A stretch of 64,000 nt of DNA from Gonapodya sp. JEL0774 (lineage: Eukaryota). The DNA lies in contig JADIIX010000047.1 of NCBI GenBank assembly GCA_027604505.1, forward strand, positions 1 through 64,000, read 5' to 3'. The notes below the pieces were generated by a model. That model was not told the origin of the DNA. It saw nothing but the letters and a program-made list of their open reading frames with translations, and did not search any database. Positions 51,801 through 64,000 of the stretch are shown here, one piece after another. Numbering within the stretch: the first letter of the stretch is position 1; every line of letters begins with the position of its first letter. The position numbers and the translations under genes are program-made.

Positions 51801-52722
51801 AGGCGAACAGGCTTCCTCTTCACTCGCGGCCCGATTCCTTGACCTTCGCGCCATCCCATACGTTTCAGAATGGTGACTCCGATGGATGACGAAGGCTGCC
51901 CAGGAACCAGCAGAGCACCAAGAAGAGAATCATTGAGTGGAAGAGTAGTCCTTAAAAATACATCGTGCTCAAATTTCATACTCATTTGTCAAGAGGAAAA
52001 GTCGACCAAAACTCACCTCGATGAGTCCTGATCTCTCCGAGCAAACTCCAAGGCCTTCCGTAAATGATCATCCTTCCTGTTCATCATTTCTCCTCTTGTA
52101 CCAGCGAGAATATCGAATTGGTCGTATTCGTCCTTCACCACCACTTTTGGACCAAACTCACGGACGTCCTCCTCGTCCATAAAGTCTTCCGCTTTCTGCT
52201 GTACCTTTGCGCGATCCTTGCGTGTCGATACAAACTGAGAGGGAGTCCAACCTTCTTTCGACCCCACTGTATTGAAATAGCCAGCGGAGAATCCGCCTGT
52301 GAAGGCGCCATGCAGCCGCTTGCGACCCTTCTCATCCAATACCTGTTTGTCGAAGGGAGCAGTGAGACAGTCCCACCTCAACATACATGACACTTACAGC
52401 GTGAACATACCTCTTGCTTCCATACGGGAAGGTATTTGTTCTTCTCTTTGCGAGTTGCTTCAGCTAGGTCCAATGGTTGAGCTGTTCCCACCAACACGAA
52501 CGAGTCCGCATTTTCGTCCTCATCAGAGTCCGGCGAGTCAGGATTATTGTGGTTGGAGCTCTTTGCCCGTTTCTTTGCGGTAGATTGTCCATATGTGCGT
52601 GAGTGCTCCACATCGGCACCTCGATCCTGCGGCTGCCTATCACGCCCACCCCGGCTTCGAATTCCATCATCATTGTCATCGTCGTCGTCGTCGTCTCGGA
52701 TTCGCACTCCTCGTTTGAACAT
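48833..52722 (-). CDS. GPATCH1: G-patch domain-containing protein 1 (spliceosome-associated)
   Basis: [39 protein letters not shown]-patch [43 protein letters not shown]. Confidence 0.95.
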
Positions 52723-53034
52723 TGGGAGCACAAATGTTGCGGTGGTTGGACTATTTGTTGTGATTGGTATGTATGAACTGAGTTACATTTCAGCTTCAGT
52801 GGAAACTCCCCATACCCTTTTCCTGATGAAAATCTGATAGAGAATTTTGGTCCGAGCCGGAAAACTATGTAATTACAAGTGATTTTCTGAATGTCAACTG
52901 CAATTTCCGACGTTTGTTCTGGAATGATGCAGGTGCACCTGCACTGCGAACTGTGTGCCGTGAGTGATTGTACCGTTTGAGCGCAGTCACATATCTCAAC
53001 CCCAAGAACCCATTCAAGTCCAAGTTCGCTATCG

Positions 53035-55585
53035 ATGGTGTGTCGACGCTTTCGCCTGGCCGTTCAACGCCATTCTGGCCGTATTGTATTATAACTCTGA
53101 CCCATCGACCCCAATGTCTCGTGTATCTCCGTTTTCCCCCATCACCGCGCTTTATTCCCATTTTGATTGACGGGACAATGAAAATCATTTACTTTGTCCA
53201 ATTTTCATACCAACTACATCTGCACTTGCCTCCAGTACAACGGTATCGGTCTAGCGACCGTCAGAGGATCCGGAACCAATGGCTACGTCCAAACCAACAA
53301 AGCGAGTCTCCCCAAGTGGAGGGAAAAGGTAAGTACCTTGGAGAACTTGTTCGGGCCATGCTGCTTGTTTCTTTGCTCGATTGATCTCAATTTGTGTCTG
53401 TTGGTTCTCGCTGACACTACTATTTCCACCCAACAGGACGCCAGGTTCTTTGATAGGCAAGCAGCATCGTTTGGACAGGATCTCCCGGGGGACTTTGCTG
53501 CAGACCGCCAGCCCAATAGCGAGATCCTCCTTCATGAACGCAAGCGTCAGATCGAGGTGAAATGTATCCAGCTTCAGGACACCCTTGAGGAGCAGGGCCT
53601 CTCAACAGAAGAAATCGAAGAGAAGGTAGCGGAGCTCAGACGAGACCTCCTCAAAAAGCTCGAGAAAGAGGGGACCGGTTCTGCTGATGGAGCTGGAACA
53701 CACAGCATTGCACAACAAATGCAGTCAAGAAACGAGAGAATTCAGTCTGTGTTTGGCGTCAGTGGCTCACATGTTGCAGGTCAAGCTTTTGACGTTGAAG
53801 TGAGTCGTCATTCCGTGTTGTGGCTCAAAAAGAGTTTTGCGGAGCGAGTTTCCTTGCAATGGACACCTCGCATCCCCACTCAAGATTCAGTGGAAGTGTC
53901 CAAGAAAGTGCCCGATCCGCATGGTCGCGACTTTTTGTTGGTGGAACTTTCAATTTATGTTTTGAGAATTAATCATCCTCTCCAATCATTTGCAGTTCCA
54001 AGCCGCCAAAAGGGAAGCGGATCGCGCCGAGCGTGAGCACAAACGCGCAGAATTCGAGGCTCAGCTTGAGGAACGTCGCGCTAAGGCTGAAGAGAACCGA
54101 AAATTAGAAGCGAAGCGAGAAAAGGAGGAAGCGAAGAAGATGGAAAGGGAAAGAGAGGAAGAGGAAAAGCGGAGGAAGGAAAGAGAGAAACAACGTGAGA
54201 TAGGCAGAGAGAAGGAGATAGAAAGACAGAAAGAAAGGGAGCGGCAAAGGGAGAGAGACCGAGAGACGGACAGGGAGCGCGATAGGGAGCGCGAGAAGGG
54301 GCGGAGCAGCAGCAGGACCCGTGACGATCGAGATCGGCGCCCAGAGCCTAGGCATGATAGGCGGAATAGTCGCGATGACCGGGATTACCGCCGTGACAAC
54401 AGGGCTGACTCCTACCGTACAAACGATAGGGATCGGGGGGACGACCGGCGTGACGGAAGGGACTTCCGCGGCGGGGACCGCTGGGTGCCCCGAGATGGTG
54501 GACGAGACGACCGTCGGGACAACCGTGAGAGCCGCAGTGGGCGTGATGCGCGGGATGGCGACCGGGATCGCAACAGACCGGAGATCAAGCGTGAACCTGG
54601 GGACGATGTGCGCCGACCCCCTGCGCGCGACTCGAAAGTGGACCGTTCTCCTCCACGGCGTCGGGGCGCTTCTTCTGACTCGGATAGTGAGGACAACCGG
54701 AGTGGTGGGGGAAGGAAGGAGGGACAGAAGTGGAACGGACGTGAGTCTGATCGTGACAAAGGGAGGTCACGAAGGGACTACTCTGACTCAGATGGAGACT
54801 CGGATGATTCTTTTGATAGGAGGAAGAGAGGTGTAGAGGAAGACAGGAAGAACCGAGTTGTCACTGCAAAGTCCAGTGCCCCTCCTCAGAAGTCAACGCG
54901 ATACAGTGACTCGGACTCCGACTCTGACCGCGACCAGAGACGCGGAGGTGGAGGACGCGATCGTGAGGAAGAGACACGGAAATCCAGTGACACAAAGCGC
55001 AGTTCCCCACCCCGCAAGGTCAAACCACCTCCATCGAAGTCGAGTGCGCCTGCGCAGAAGGCGTCTGCCCGGCGTGATTTTGATTCTGACTCAGATGAAG
55101 GATATAGGCGTCCTGGAGCCAGAGATGCAGGAGGCCGTGACGTGGATAGGAGGCCGGTTCCAACAAAACTTTCAAGTCCGCCCCCAAGGAAGTCCCGGAA
55201 CGGCACTGATTCTGATTCGGATATAGAATCACGACGTGCAATCTCTCGGAGGGATACGGAGGGAGACAGGAAGCGGCCAGATCCACCAAAGTCGTCGTCA
55301 GCAGCGCCAGCCAAGAAGGCACGTCACGACTCAGACTCGGACGATGATCCCCGCTCACGTTCCAGTCCCAAGCAGAGAACTGCACCTGCTTCAAAGAGGC
55401 GTCGTTACTCAGATTCGGACTCTGACGGAGGCCGTGCATCGTCGGACCCTCGCAGGAGAAGGAGGTCCCCATCACAATCGGATTCCGATGATGAACCGAG
55501 GCGTGAACCGATTAATTCGCGGAATCAAGGCGCAGAGCGAAGTGTTGAAGGGAAAAGGAGGAGGTTGGACTCCGATGACGACTGA
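53035..55585 (+). CDS. CWC21: Splicing factor Cwc21/SRRM2-like with RD/RS-rich tail
   Basis: M/YNGIGLATVRGSGTNGYVQTN; EILLHERKRQIEVKC; ATG 53035-53037 followed by intron 53038-53235. Confidence 0.93.
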
Positions 55586-55788
55586 AACGGCAGAGTTGTC
55601 GACCTGTTGGTTTGGCACCTCAAATTACCTTGTGTTTGTCTTACATTCTCAATACATGTGAAGAAAATGGCCCTTAAGTCGCAAGCTCTGTACATTCTGT
55701 CAATCAGTGCTGACACCGATTTGTACGTGACATTAGACCGGTCAACCCAACCCGCAGAGAGCACATAGAAGCGTCGGGAGTTGGGATT

Positions 55789-57028
55789 ATGGATTCTGAA
55801 AACCAGCGACTTCAAGAGGAGATTAGACTTCTCAGAAATGCCCATTTGCAACGCGAAACGACCCTCATGGTGAAACTCTCCAGGAAGGAGGAGGAGGTTC
55901 AGACTCTGCTTGTGCGTGGATTTCTGCTGTCCCGATCGCATAATGGGCGCCATAAATCTTAATTGATGTCTTCTAACTTTGCTGACTTGTAGGCTGAGGT
56001 CAATAATCTTTCTGCCGCTCTCAACGACGATGGGAGTGAGAGTTTGCGAAAGAAACTGTTGGACCCGTCCTTGAGCTTGCTTTACAAAGCTATGCGAAAG
56101 GAGCTTGGTGAAAAGGATTCCAAAGTAAAGGAGCTTCAGGCAGAGCTGCTGGCTGTTCAGTTTAGTCCGAACAGGTTCGTTCACCATGCTCAACTCGTTC
56201 ACCTGTCTTCATTCAAGCTCACTTCCGCAGCGCGCATTTTTCACCATCATAAATCTAGCGTCGTGGGAAAGAGGCTTGTTGCTAAGCTCAAGGCTTTGCA
56301 AATGGAAAACGAAGAGCTTGGACGGCTCCTGTTTTCCAGCAATCGTGTCGAACAACTTCAAACTGAGTTAGGACTACAAAAGAAACTCATGGAGGAGCTA
56401 AAATCCAGCGTGGAAGGTGGTTTTGGACAAATCGTTCTATCTTTGGTTCAAGGCTTACAATTGCAACTCAACCCGCGTGTCGATAGAGGCCGACCAAATC
56501 ATCGTGGATTTGGACAACGAGATTGAATCTTTGCAGGGGACTCTTTTCAATCAGCAGGCCCAGATTACTTGGTATGAGCGCCGGTATGGCAAGCGAGAGA
56601 CACTTGTCGCAGATGCGGAAGTCCAGGTTTCTGTGGACCACTGGCCCGACACCAGTCGGGGCGCCGAGAGTGGAACCCGATTGGACTATCGTGAAAGTGA
56701 CGTGGACCGTATGGAAGGGGATGGCGCGGACCTAGAGCAACAAGGAGACGACATACTTCATCACAAGCATTCAGAACAGTATGAGAACTTTTTGGACCAT
56801 CAGGGCGAGAACTTTGAGATAACAAGAGGAAGAACAATGACAGAGGAAGAGAAAGGTGGGGGGGATGAAGGCGGAAGCAATGGACATGATGATGGGATGG
56901 ACATCGACTCGGCGCGGCGAGCACTTGGTCAACCGCTACCGTGGCTAGAATCACAGAAGGGTGACACTGATGAGGAAACTTCTCCACGAACTACTGAAAA
57001 GCAAAATGGTGGTGATCTCACAAGCTAG
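55789..57028 (+). CDS. WTAP: m6A writer adaptor WTAP/Fl(2)d/Mum2/FIP37
   Basis: LRKKLLDPSLSLLY...QAELLAVQFSPNS.VGKRLVAKLKALQMENEELG matches the family core. Start approximate. Confidence 0.88.
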
Positions 57029-57084
57029 TTTTGTACAGGTTACATAACGGTATAACGGTACATACTAATGTAGGGCTATAGACC

Positions 57085-60000
57085 TCAAGCTTCCGTTGCT
57101 CTAACCATTCCCGCCTTTTCCATCGCCATGTCAACCTTTTGCACTCGCTTGCGCATCTCAGCCACTATTTGCAAAGTTTGTTCTCTCCCTTGGACCACCG
57201 CATCCAAACCATTGATCTCCAACCTCAATTTTTCGGCCAGAACGCGCGACTGCTTTTTGATCTCGTCTCGTTCAGAGGATGCAAGCTCCAAACGCGATCT
57301 GAGTGCACTGATCTCACGTTCCAGTTGCGATATGTCCACTCCGGTATGTCGCGATTCGGGAACGGTCTTGAGCCGGGCGCATTCGGCTTGTAATTTGCCA
57401 ACTTCCCGCCGAAGGTCCGCGATTGTTTTGAGCAAGTCCTCGCGTTCAGCTTCCCATTGCCGCTTTTGTTCCTTGGCAGTAGCATTTTGGTCAGTCAATT
57501 CCTTGAGAGTTTCCAGCAAAGTTTGCAGGTCTTCTCTTGCCTCTGCATGTTTTGCTTTCAGGTCTTGTAAGGCGCCCTCCGTTTGCTCCCTCTGCTCCCT
57601 TAACTCCGTTCCTTGCCGAGACGCTTCTTCTACTTGACGGAGCAAAATGTCTCTCTCCCGAACCGCACCATCCCGTTGGACACTGACGTCTTCAAGTTTC
57701 TGGTGTAAGGCGCGAATTTCTCCCTCGAGCTTTCCGGAGACTTGGATAAGCCTTGCAACTTCCGCGCCATGGGTAACGTCCAGAGCTTCAGCTTCCAATC
57801 GAGTAATGTGAGCCTTCAAAGTCGCGATGTCGGAATTGTGAGCTTCAGCTTCTCGCTCGTGATCACGGAGCTGTCCCAACAGGGTCTCCACCCTATCATT
57901 TAGATCTTGGCAAATTGTGCGCAGGCTGTCCCGATCCGTGATGGTCGATTCGGACAGGGCTTGTAGATCTTGAAGCTCTGCCGACAAACTCAAAATTTTG
58001 TCGTTCAAGTCGTGCGTCGCAACCCGAAGCTCGTCTCGTTCCTTAATTGCGGACTCGTGGCTATCCTGAAGGTCTTCCAAGTTCATTTCAAGTTCTGCCC
58101 TCTGGCCCTCCAGAACGACGATCTGCTTCTGTAGCGCGTCGACCTCCCCTTTGGCGGCAACTTGTTCCAAGGTCTTCGACAACTCTCTGTTTTCATCCAT
58201 AAGCTTTGACATCTGTTGTGTAAGCTGTCCAATCTCATTAGCTCTGTTCACCTCAACTTCCGCCATAGCTGTTTCAAGGGTCTGCATCCTCCCTCGTGCG
58301 TCCCTAAGTGCATTCTCCAACTCCCTGCGCTGCACTTCGAGCTGCAAAACCTGCTCACTCATGGCTTTGGTCTTCTCCTCAAGTCTCACCTTCGCCGTCT
58401 CCGCCGCCCTCACCTCTCCATTGAGTTTCTCCGTTTCCACCTGCCACACCTGTCGGATCTCGTTGTCCAACTCACGCGCACGTTGCTCGAGGGCCGGCAA
58501 TTTTGACACCGCCATATCTCTCTCCCTCCGCAACTCACTTGCCGTGACTTCAACGCGCTTGAGAGATTCCCTGTAGCTATTTGCCTGAGCCCGAGCATTT
58601 TCCAGATCTCTCTCCAAAGTAGCAAGAGCAGCAGCGGAGACACCTCCACCTGCAGCTGATGCAGCCCTGAAGTCCGCTGCAGACCTTCGTGCTTCCTCGA
58701 GTTCTTTGGAAATTCTCTCCCGTTCGTCCCTCTCTCGCTTCAACTCGCCATCTTTGCCCCTCAACTGCGTTACCAGACCATCAATCACTGGTCTTGCTCG
58801 TTCCAATTTTCCATAAATATCCCTGCGCGCCTCCTCGGCTTTGTCTGCGCGGACGCGGAGCTGGTCTGATTCTGCCGATTGGGAGTTAAGCTGCGCGCGG
58901 CAGGCTTCAAGTTCGGCCGATAGCTGCCCTATGCGAGAGTCACGAGCAGCCAGCGAGGACGAAGTTGTTTGATGAAGTTGTGCGACGAAAGAGGTAAGGT
59001 ATTTCTGGACCAGAGAAACACAGGTGTTGTGCGTAATGTGCGATCGGCAACCAGTTCTTATCATCTCACCTTTAGCTCTCTCCTCAATCCAGCCTCTTCT
59101 TCTTTGTCCTCTCCAAGTCCTCTCTCTCCTACGTTGTTCTGATTTTGCAACATATCTTTAACCACCTCAACCTCTTCCCGTACCACTTCACTTCCTGGTG
59201 CATCCTCTTCGTCGTACTCCACCTCAAATCCCTCCAGTGCTGCCTCACTCGCAGACCCGGATATTGTGCCTTGAGTTAGGTCGATCGTCTCAGCCTCGAT
59301 TGGAGCATCTGACGAGCCAAAGTCGTCGTCAAGGTCCATCCCGCGATGATTGGTGGAGGACGAGAGGTCAACAAGCGAAGTTTCGCGAACCTCTAGAGAA
59401 TTGCGAAAAGAGTCGAGGCTTAGGCGGAGCAAAGATTCCACTTCTGCAGGCGCAATCGCTGAACTTCCCGCAATGCCCGAGGGAATACTTGGAGAATCAA
59501 CGGATTCAACTATCCGTTTTGACTCGCCCACTTCTCTCTCCAACTCTTCCACCCGCGCCGTCAGACCCATGTTCGCTGCCACCACTTCGTCTTTCGCCGA
59601 TCTCGCCCCAACAAGTTCCAATTCAAGTTCCGCCACCTGCTCACGCAGTCTGTCATATTCAAGTGAGGCAGAGCCATCTGTGGCATGTTGGGCTGATTGA
59701 TCCAGCTGGTGCGCGAGCTGGGCTTCAAGGTGACTGATGAGTGTTTCTTGACGAGTCAAGGATTGTCGCAAATGTTCCAACTAGGAGGTTTGGAATTCTT
59801 GGTTAACAGAAACCGACTAGAACCACTGGCACAGAGTCACTCACTTCCTGCTCCACCCTCTCACGAGCCTTGCTCTCGGCTTGCAGAGCAGATTCCGCGT
59901 TGTGCGCACGGCGCTCTGCATCTTCAATCCGATCTGGAAAGGCCTCTGCAGTCAGCCCAACCTTTGTGCCTCCCCTTTGGATCGCATGCGCTGACAAAAC

Positions 60001-61180
60001 TTCGCTTTCTCGAAACTTGTCGGCTTCAATTGCTGCCTGCGCCTCGGCAGCTTTCTTCATATCCAGTACTGTCCTCTCTGCTTCTCTTGCCCTCCGATCT
60101 GCCTCGGCAGCTTTGTCAGCCCAGCTTCGAACCTCCTTAGCTCTCTCAACAGCGTCCCTCTCGAGTCTCCACCGGAGCTCTGTGGCTTCTTCCTCGGCTC
60201 GCTGCAAAGAAGCGGACAAGCGGGTGAGGCGGGCATCATCAGAAGTGCTTGCGAAAAATGAAGCCGAGGAGTCTTCAGGATGGCCTGACGTCGGGGTTGG
60301 AGGAGTTTCGAAGAGAAGAGAAGCTGGTGAGGGTTCTGGGTGGGTGGTAAAGTTTGAGTATATAGTGGGAGAGCCACCTCGGGGAGGAGCACCCTAATTG
60401 AGAATGGGGAGAAGAACGAATTGTTACTGGTATGATTATAAATGGCGAGTCAATCCGTGCAGGCAGGATAAGACAAAGGTACCACAGAAATCACCACGAG
60501 ACGAAAGCACTTGATTGAAAACTCACAAAAGTAAGAGTGCCATCATCCATCGCGACAGTCGCACCTGTGATAGTGCCAGAAGAGTAAAAAGATTGCTGCT
60601 CGCTTGCTGCGCCCATGTCAGGGTAGGAATGCCCATCTCCCTGGCTTAACAATGCGTTAGCAGGAACAGCCAGCGTCGAGGTGTCCGGCGACCTCAACGG
60701 AGCTTCTCTCACACCGTTAGTTTGTAGATGTTGAAGACGTGCCCAGTGCATTTCGTCCTCCTCTCGGTCTCTCCTCCGTCCTCTCGGAGGATCCTCTTCT
60801 GGGCCATCGTCTGCATGCCGGTTGAAGTGCGAAAACGAGAACACGTCCGAGTCCCGTCCTGGCGAAGTCAATCCTGTGGTAGCAGAGTGCGCTGGAGAGG
60901 CTGGGATTGACATAGGGGAGCCAGGGACTTTGGGAAGGGGAGACGAAGGTAGGGAGAGAGCAGGTGGCTCACGCGGAGGTGACGGTGGTGGTGCGATGAC
61001 GGTATCGAGAACTGATTCTTTTGGTCCAAGAGGATGCCGTGGTGCATGTTCGGTTGTTGGCAGATCAGGTTCGTCCGTCAAAGGTCCTGAAGGCGTTAGT
61101 GACTCGTGGGCGGCGCGTGTTGCTTTGAAGCGGTTGAGCTTCGCACGTGCTGCAGCCAGTTTCTCCTCTCGGCTTGCCAT
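57085..61180 (-). CDS. Large coiled-coil protein, golgin/centrosomal-like
   Basis: ORFs 60491-61180, 59803-60219, 59061-59780 and 57085-59064 with extensive heptads; N-terminus MASREEKLAAARAKLNRFK. Confidence 0.75.
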
Positions 61181-61429
61181 CGACGGGCTAGAATAGGAAA
61201 GCAGGAAGAGCTGTTAGTTTTCAACTTTTGTGTGGTCGCTCTCAGCTCCCGCGGACTGACCGAAAATCACACAAAGCGGCAATCAACTACATCTGGTTTA
61301 TTAGCTGGTGAAAGTGTGACACAAGGCTCGAGGCAGTTTCAACTCTGCATTGAACTCTGGTGCAATTTACTGTCAAATAATATTGTGATCTTTATATTTA
61401 ATTTTTCAAATTGATGTGTACAGCTGCAT

Positions 61430-61500
61430 GCTATGCTGGTGAAGCGGTATCACACCACGTTGTGGCCGTGGCGTTCCTGGTTCGACTCCAGGGCATAGCA
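61430..61500 (+). tRNA. tRNA-His (GTG)
   Basis: Acceptor GCTATGC/GCATAGC plus A73; anticodon arm CCACG-TTGTGGC-CGTGG; T arm CCTGG-TTCGACT-CCAGG; T-run downstream. Confidence 0.97.
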
Positions 61501-62082
61501 ATTTTATCTCTTTTTGCCATTGACTCTGACTGACTGCTACTTCGTCAGCGGTGCTGCGTGACCTTGTTTCGGTGTGAGTGTTGTATGGTCCAGCTCTGCA
61601 AGTTCCTCCCTCTACACCTCTGGGGCTTGCCACTGCCGTTAATGTCACTCTAGATCACTGTCACTGTCTTTTCTTGCAGACGTGCACCAGCATGAAACTC
61701 ACGTTGAAAATAAGCTCGGTACCAGGCACGTCTCCGCGAGCGGTGCTCGAAGTACGCGTTCGGTTCCTGGATCAAAACAAAAATGCACGACATTTTATCG
61801 AGGAAGAGAATCGCACGCTGGACTCGCCGGGATAGGCCTTCGCGTCTTTGGACTTCAGAGGGCACGGAATGTGTCCAGGAGATATTGACCACTAACAGTC
61901 GAGCTTCCAATCGATTACCATTGAACCCGGGAGAAACCTTCAATGTCAATAATATTAGTTTCTAATATTTGGAAAATCATTGTACAAGCAGCACGGGCTC
62001 AAGGTTGCCAGTGGTGCTCCAGAAATATAAGACAACAATATCAGAAAAACCACCTCATCGCCCTGCAAATACACCCGTTCGA

Positions 62083-63542
62083 CTACACGGACAGCGGTGC
62101 ACCGAATGCAAGTACTTCCGCCAGCTCCGTTGTAGACTTGAGAGACGCGTTTGGGATATTCGCATCTCGCTGCAATTGTGGATGGTTTGCGGTCGAGACC
62201 GAAGTTCCGAGTCGAGATGAAAGAAGGCAAGCGAAAAGTGTTTGTCCAGACTAATGCAATCGCTTATTATTTTGGTTAATAATGGCACTCACCTCATCCA
62301 AAACCCGTTTCGCCCTCTTACTGAGTTCATCGATCCTCGCGAGTTTTTCATATCGTTCCTTCACAACTTTCATCAAGCCCGCGTTGTCCTCGCGCAACTC
62401 AGCCTTACGGGCCCGCAAGACTTCAAGCTCAGCGCGTTTCCGCGGATAAACGGAGGCGCGAATGGCTTTGCGTGGAGTGATGCTTATAGCGAGATGGGAT
62501 GTGAAGGAGGCGAGAAAACGAGATGAGTTCCAGTGGGGCATGTAGACACAAACAGCTGACAATTCATTCCTTTCGAAGCACAGTCGGACCACTTCAATGG
62601 AGCACATTCCAGAAACGGTTAATCTCAGAGAAAAACGCATGAAAGCGCTTCAAGAACACCACATGCTTCAAAACATGCTCCTCAAGGCACTTTCTCTTCA
62701 AATGCTTATCTTGCATCAAAGGCGAGCTCACCTTCCAGGCACGTTCGCCTTCACTGTTGCTTGTTGCCCCGTCTGCAGTCTCCTTTGCGCGTCTTCACAC
62801 ATTTCCCACACTTCATCCAGCTTTTTAGGAAGATTGCGGTTCGCAAGGATGGTTTCGAGTTCGGACTATGGGAGGGCAATCGATTCCTTGAGCGCTCCCG
62901 CATATGACGAACGGGAGCAGCACGGTCCAATCATATTACGGACTCACGAGGAACGACTTTTTCAAGAAGTCTATAATTTGATCGTGGACAATGCGTAGGG
63001 CCTCGGGACTGTGTTCCGCGAGTCGCGGTAACGCTCGTTCGAACTGTTGGTAACTGAACGCACAAAGGTCCAGTTCCGATTGCAACATCCGAGAAAGAAG
63101 TTGAGATAGTGAGGCCAAACGAAGTCCCGATGTCCAGTAAGAAGGTTGTGAATAGGATTGAAGTCCCCGTTCGACACATCCAGATTCCGAGTCCCCACAA
63201 GAGTGATCGGACGCGAATCAGACATTGCGAGAAACAAATTTGAGATACAAGTTCTTTAGAATAGGGAGAAAAGGGGAAGAATCGAGTCGCTGTTGGACAA
63301 GTGCCTCACCTGAATGCAGCCTCTATCCCGTTCAAGTACTTCCCCGCCGCTTCCCTGATAATCAGTTTTCTGTCCAGCATTGGATCTTTAATCGGCGCTT
63401 CAGGTGTCTCCATGTGCCATGCGGTTCCTTCAGGGCTTGGAGTTTGTGCTGAAGGGAGAGCTGGAGTAGAGACGGCGGGTGGATTCGTAAGGAACGTCGA
63501 AGGAGACGAGACGTAGATTGAATCAGTGATTGTCGCGGTCAT
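62083..63542 (-). CDS. NNF1: Kinetochore MIND/Mis12 complex subunit Nnf1/PMF1-like
   Basis: SYQQFERALP..SPEALRIVHDQIIDFL; ELETILANRNLPKKLDEV; ITPRKAIRA...ELEVLRARKAELREDNAGL pattern typical of Nnf1. Confidence 0.7.
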
Positions 63543-64000
63543 CGTCCAGATCCGTCGGCTCAATCGGTGAAATGGACAAATGCGGCGGGGTGCAAGGGCA
63601 TACATACATGACCGCGGCCGAAACATGTGGTCGTTCAGAACCGAGTCTGTCTAGTATTAGCGCCATACCGTGAATTGCCTTCATTGATTGAAGATTCAAG
63701 TTCAGAGTCCGGCGCTGATGGACAAGTGAGTTTACATTTCGGCAACATGGCACGGATAGGCGAGTGCAAGAACAAATACCATCGCATTATCAGGAAATGG
63801 TTATTAGCTGAAAATTCGTCATGGCTGGCAATTTTTAACGGGTATTCAGTTTGAGCCTCGCTGTGCACTGGTGGTGTCTACCACCGCCAAGAACGCTGGA
63901 ATATTACCAGGGCTTTGAGCTGTCCGCCATTGAATCTTTTCTTTGACTCTCTGCGCCTTGATCAACTGTTTGCCGGGATGCGCCCATCAATTTTTCAATC

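Noticed and set aside
53990..55585. Repetitive GACTCGGAC-type units as a repeat array
   Set aside because: They encode SDSDSD/RD-rich protein low complexity; no constant repeat-spacer period.
61429..61500. tRNA-His lacks an encoded G-1
   Set aside because: Normal for eukaryotes; G-1 is added post-transcriptionally by Thg1.
1..64000. Selenoprotein or stop-codon recoding
   Set aside because: I found no in-frame TGA at a conserved Cys in the intact gene models as far as I traced them; the in-frame stops I saw are in decayed transposons.

Overview
Gene-dense, intron-rich eukaryotic DNA that looks fungal, probably early-diverging (inferred from short GT-AG introns, a fungal-type transcription-factor domain, and retention of CTNNBL1, GPATCH1 and WTAP). 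Bases 1-3682 are the decayed 3' part of a Ty3/Gypsy chromovirus with an intact 299-bp 3' LTR. The 10-18 kb region holds an eroded hAT-like transposase and a ~1.1-kb inverted duplication around a coiled-coil gene. The rest is about 22 spliced genes (ITT1-like RBR ligase, VPS2, Fungal_trans TF, TMA46, OAC1, two cytochrome b5 genes, SDR, 2-hydroxyacid dehydrogenase, CaMK, CTNNBL1, RPL31, CDC23, GCV3, RPR2, OXA1, GPATCH1, CWC21, WTAP, a golgin-like protein, NNF1) plus tRNA-His. The top finding is that the first cytochrome b5 gene can only encode its heme-ligating His (HPGG) through a single-nucleotide exon (C at 29644) between two normal-sized introns; its paralog 7 kb away has the ordinary structure. 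Also notable: a shared hairpin-containing element in the first introns of two unrelated genes. All gene models were read by eye, so boundaries are approximate unless exons are listed.
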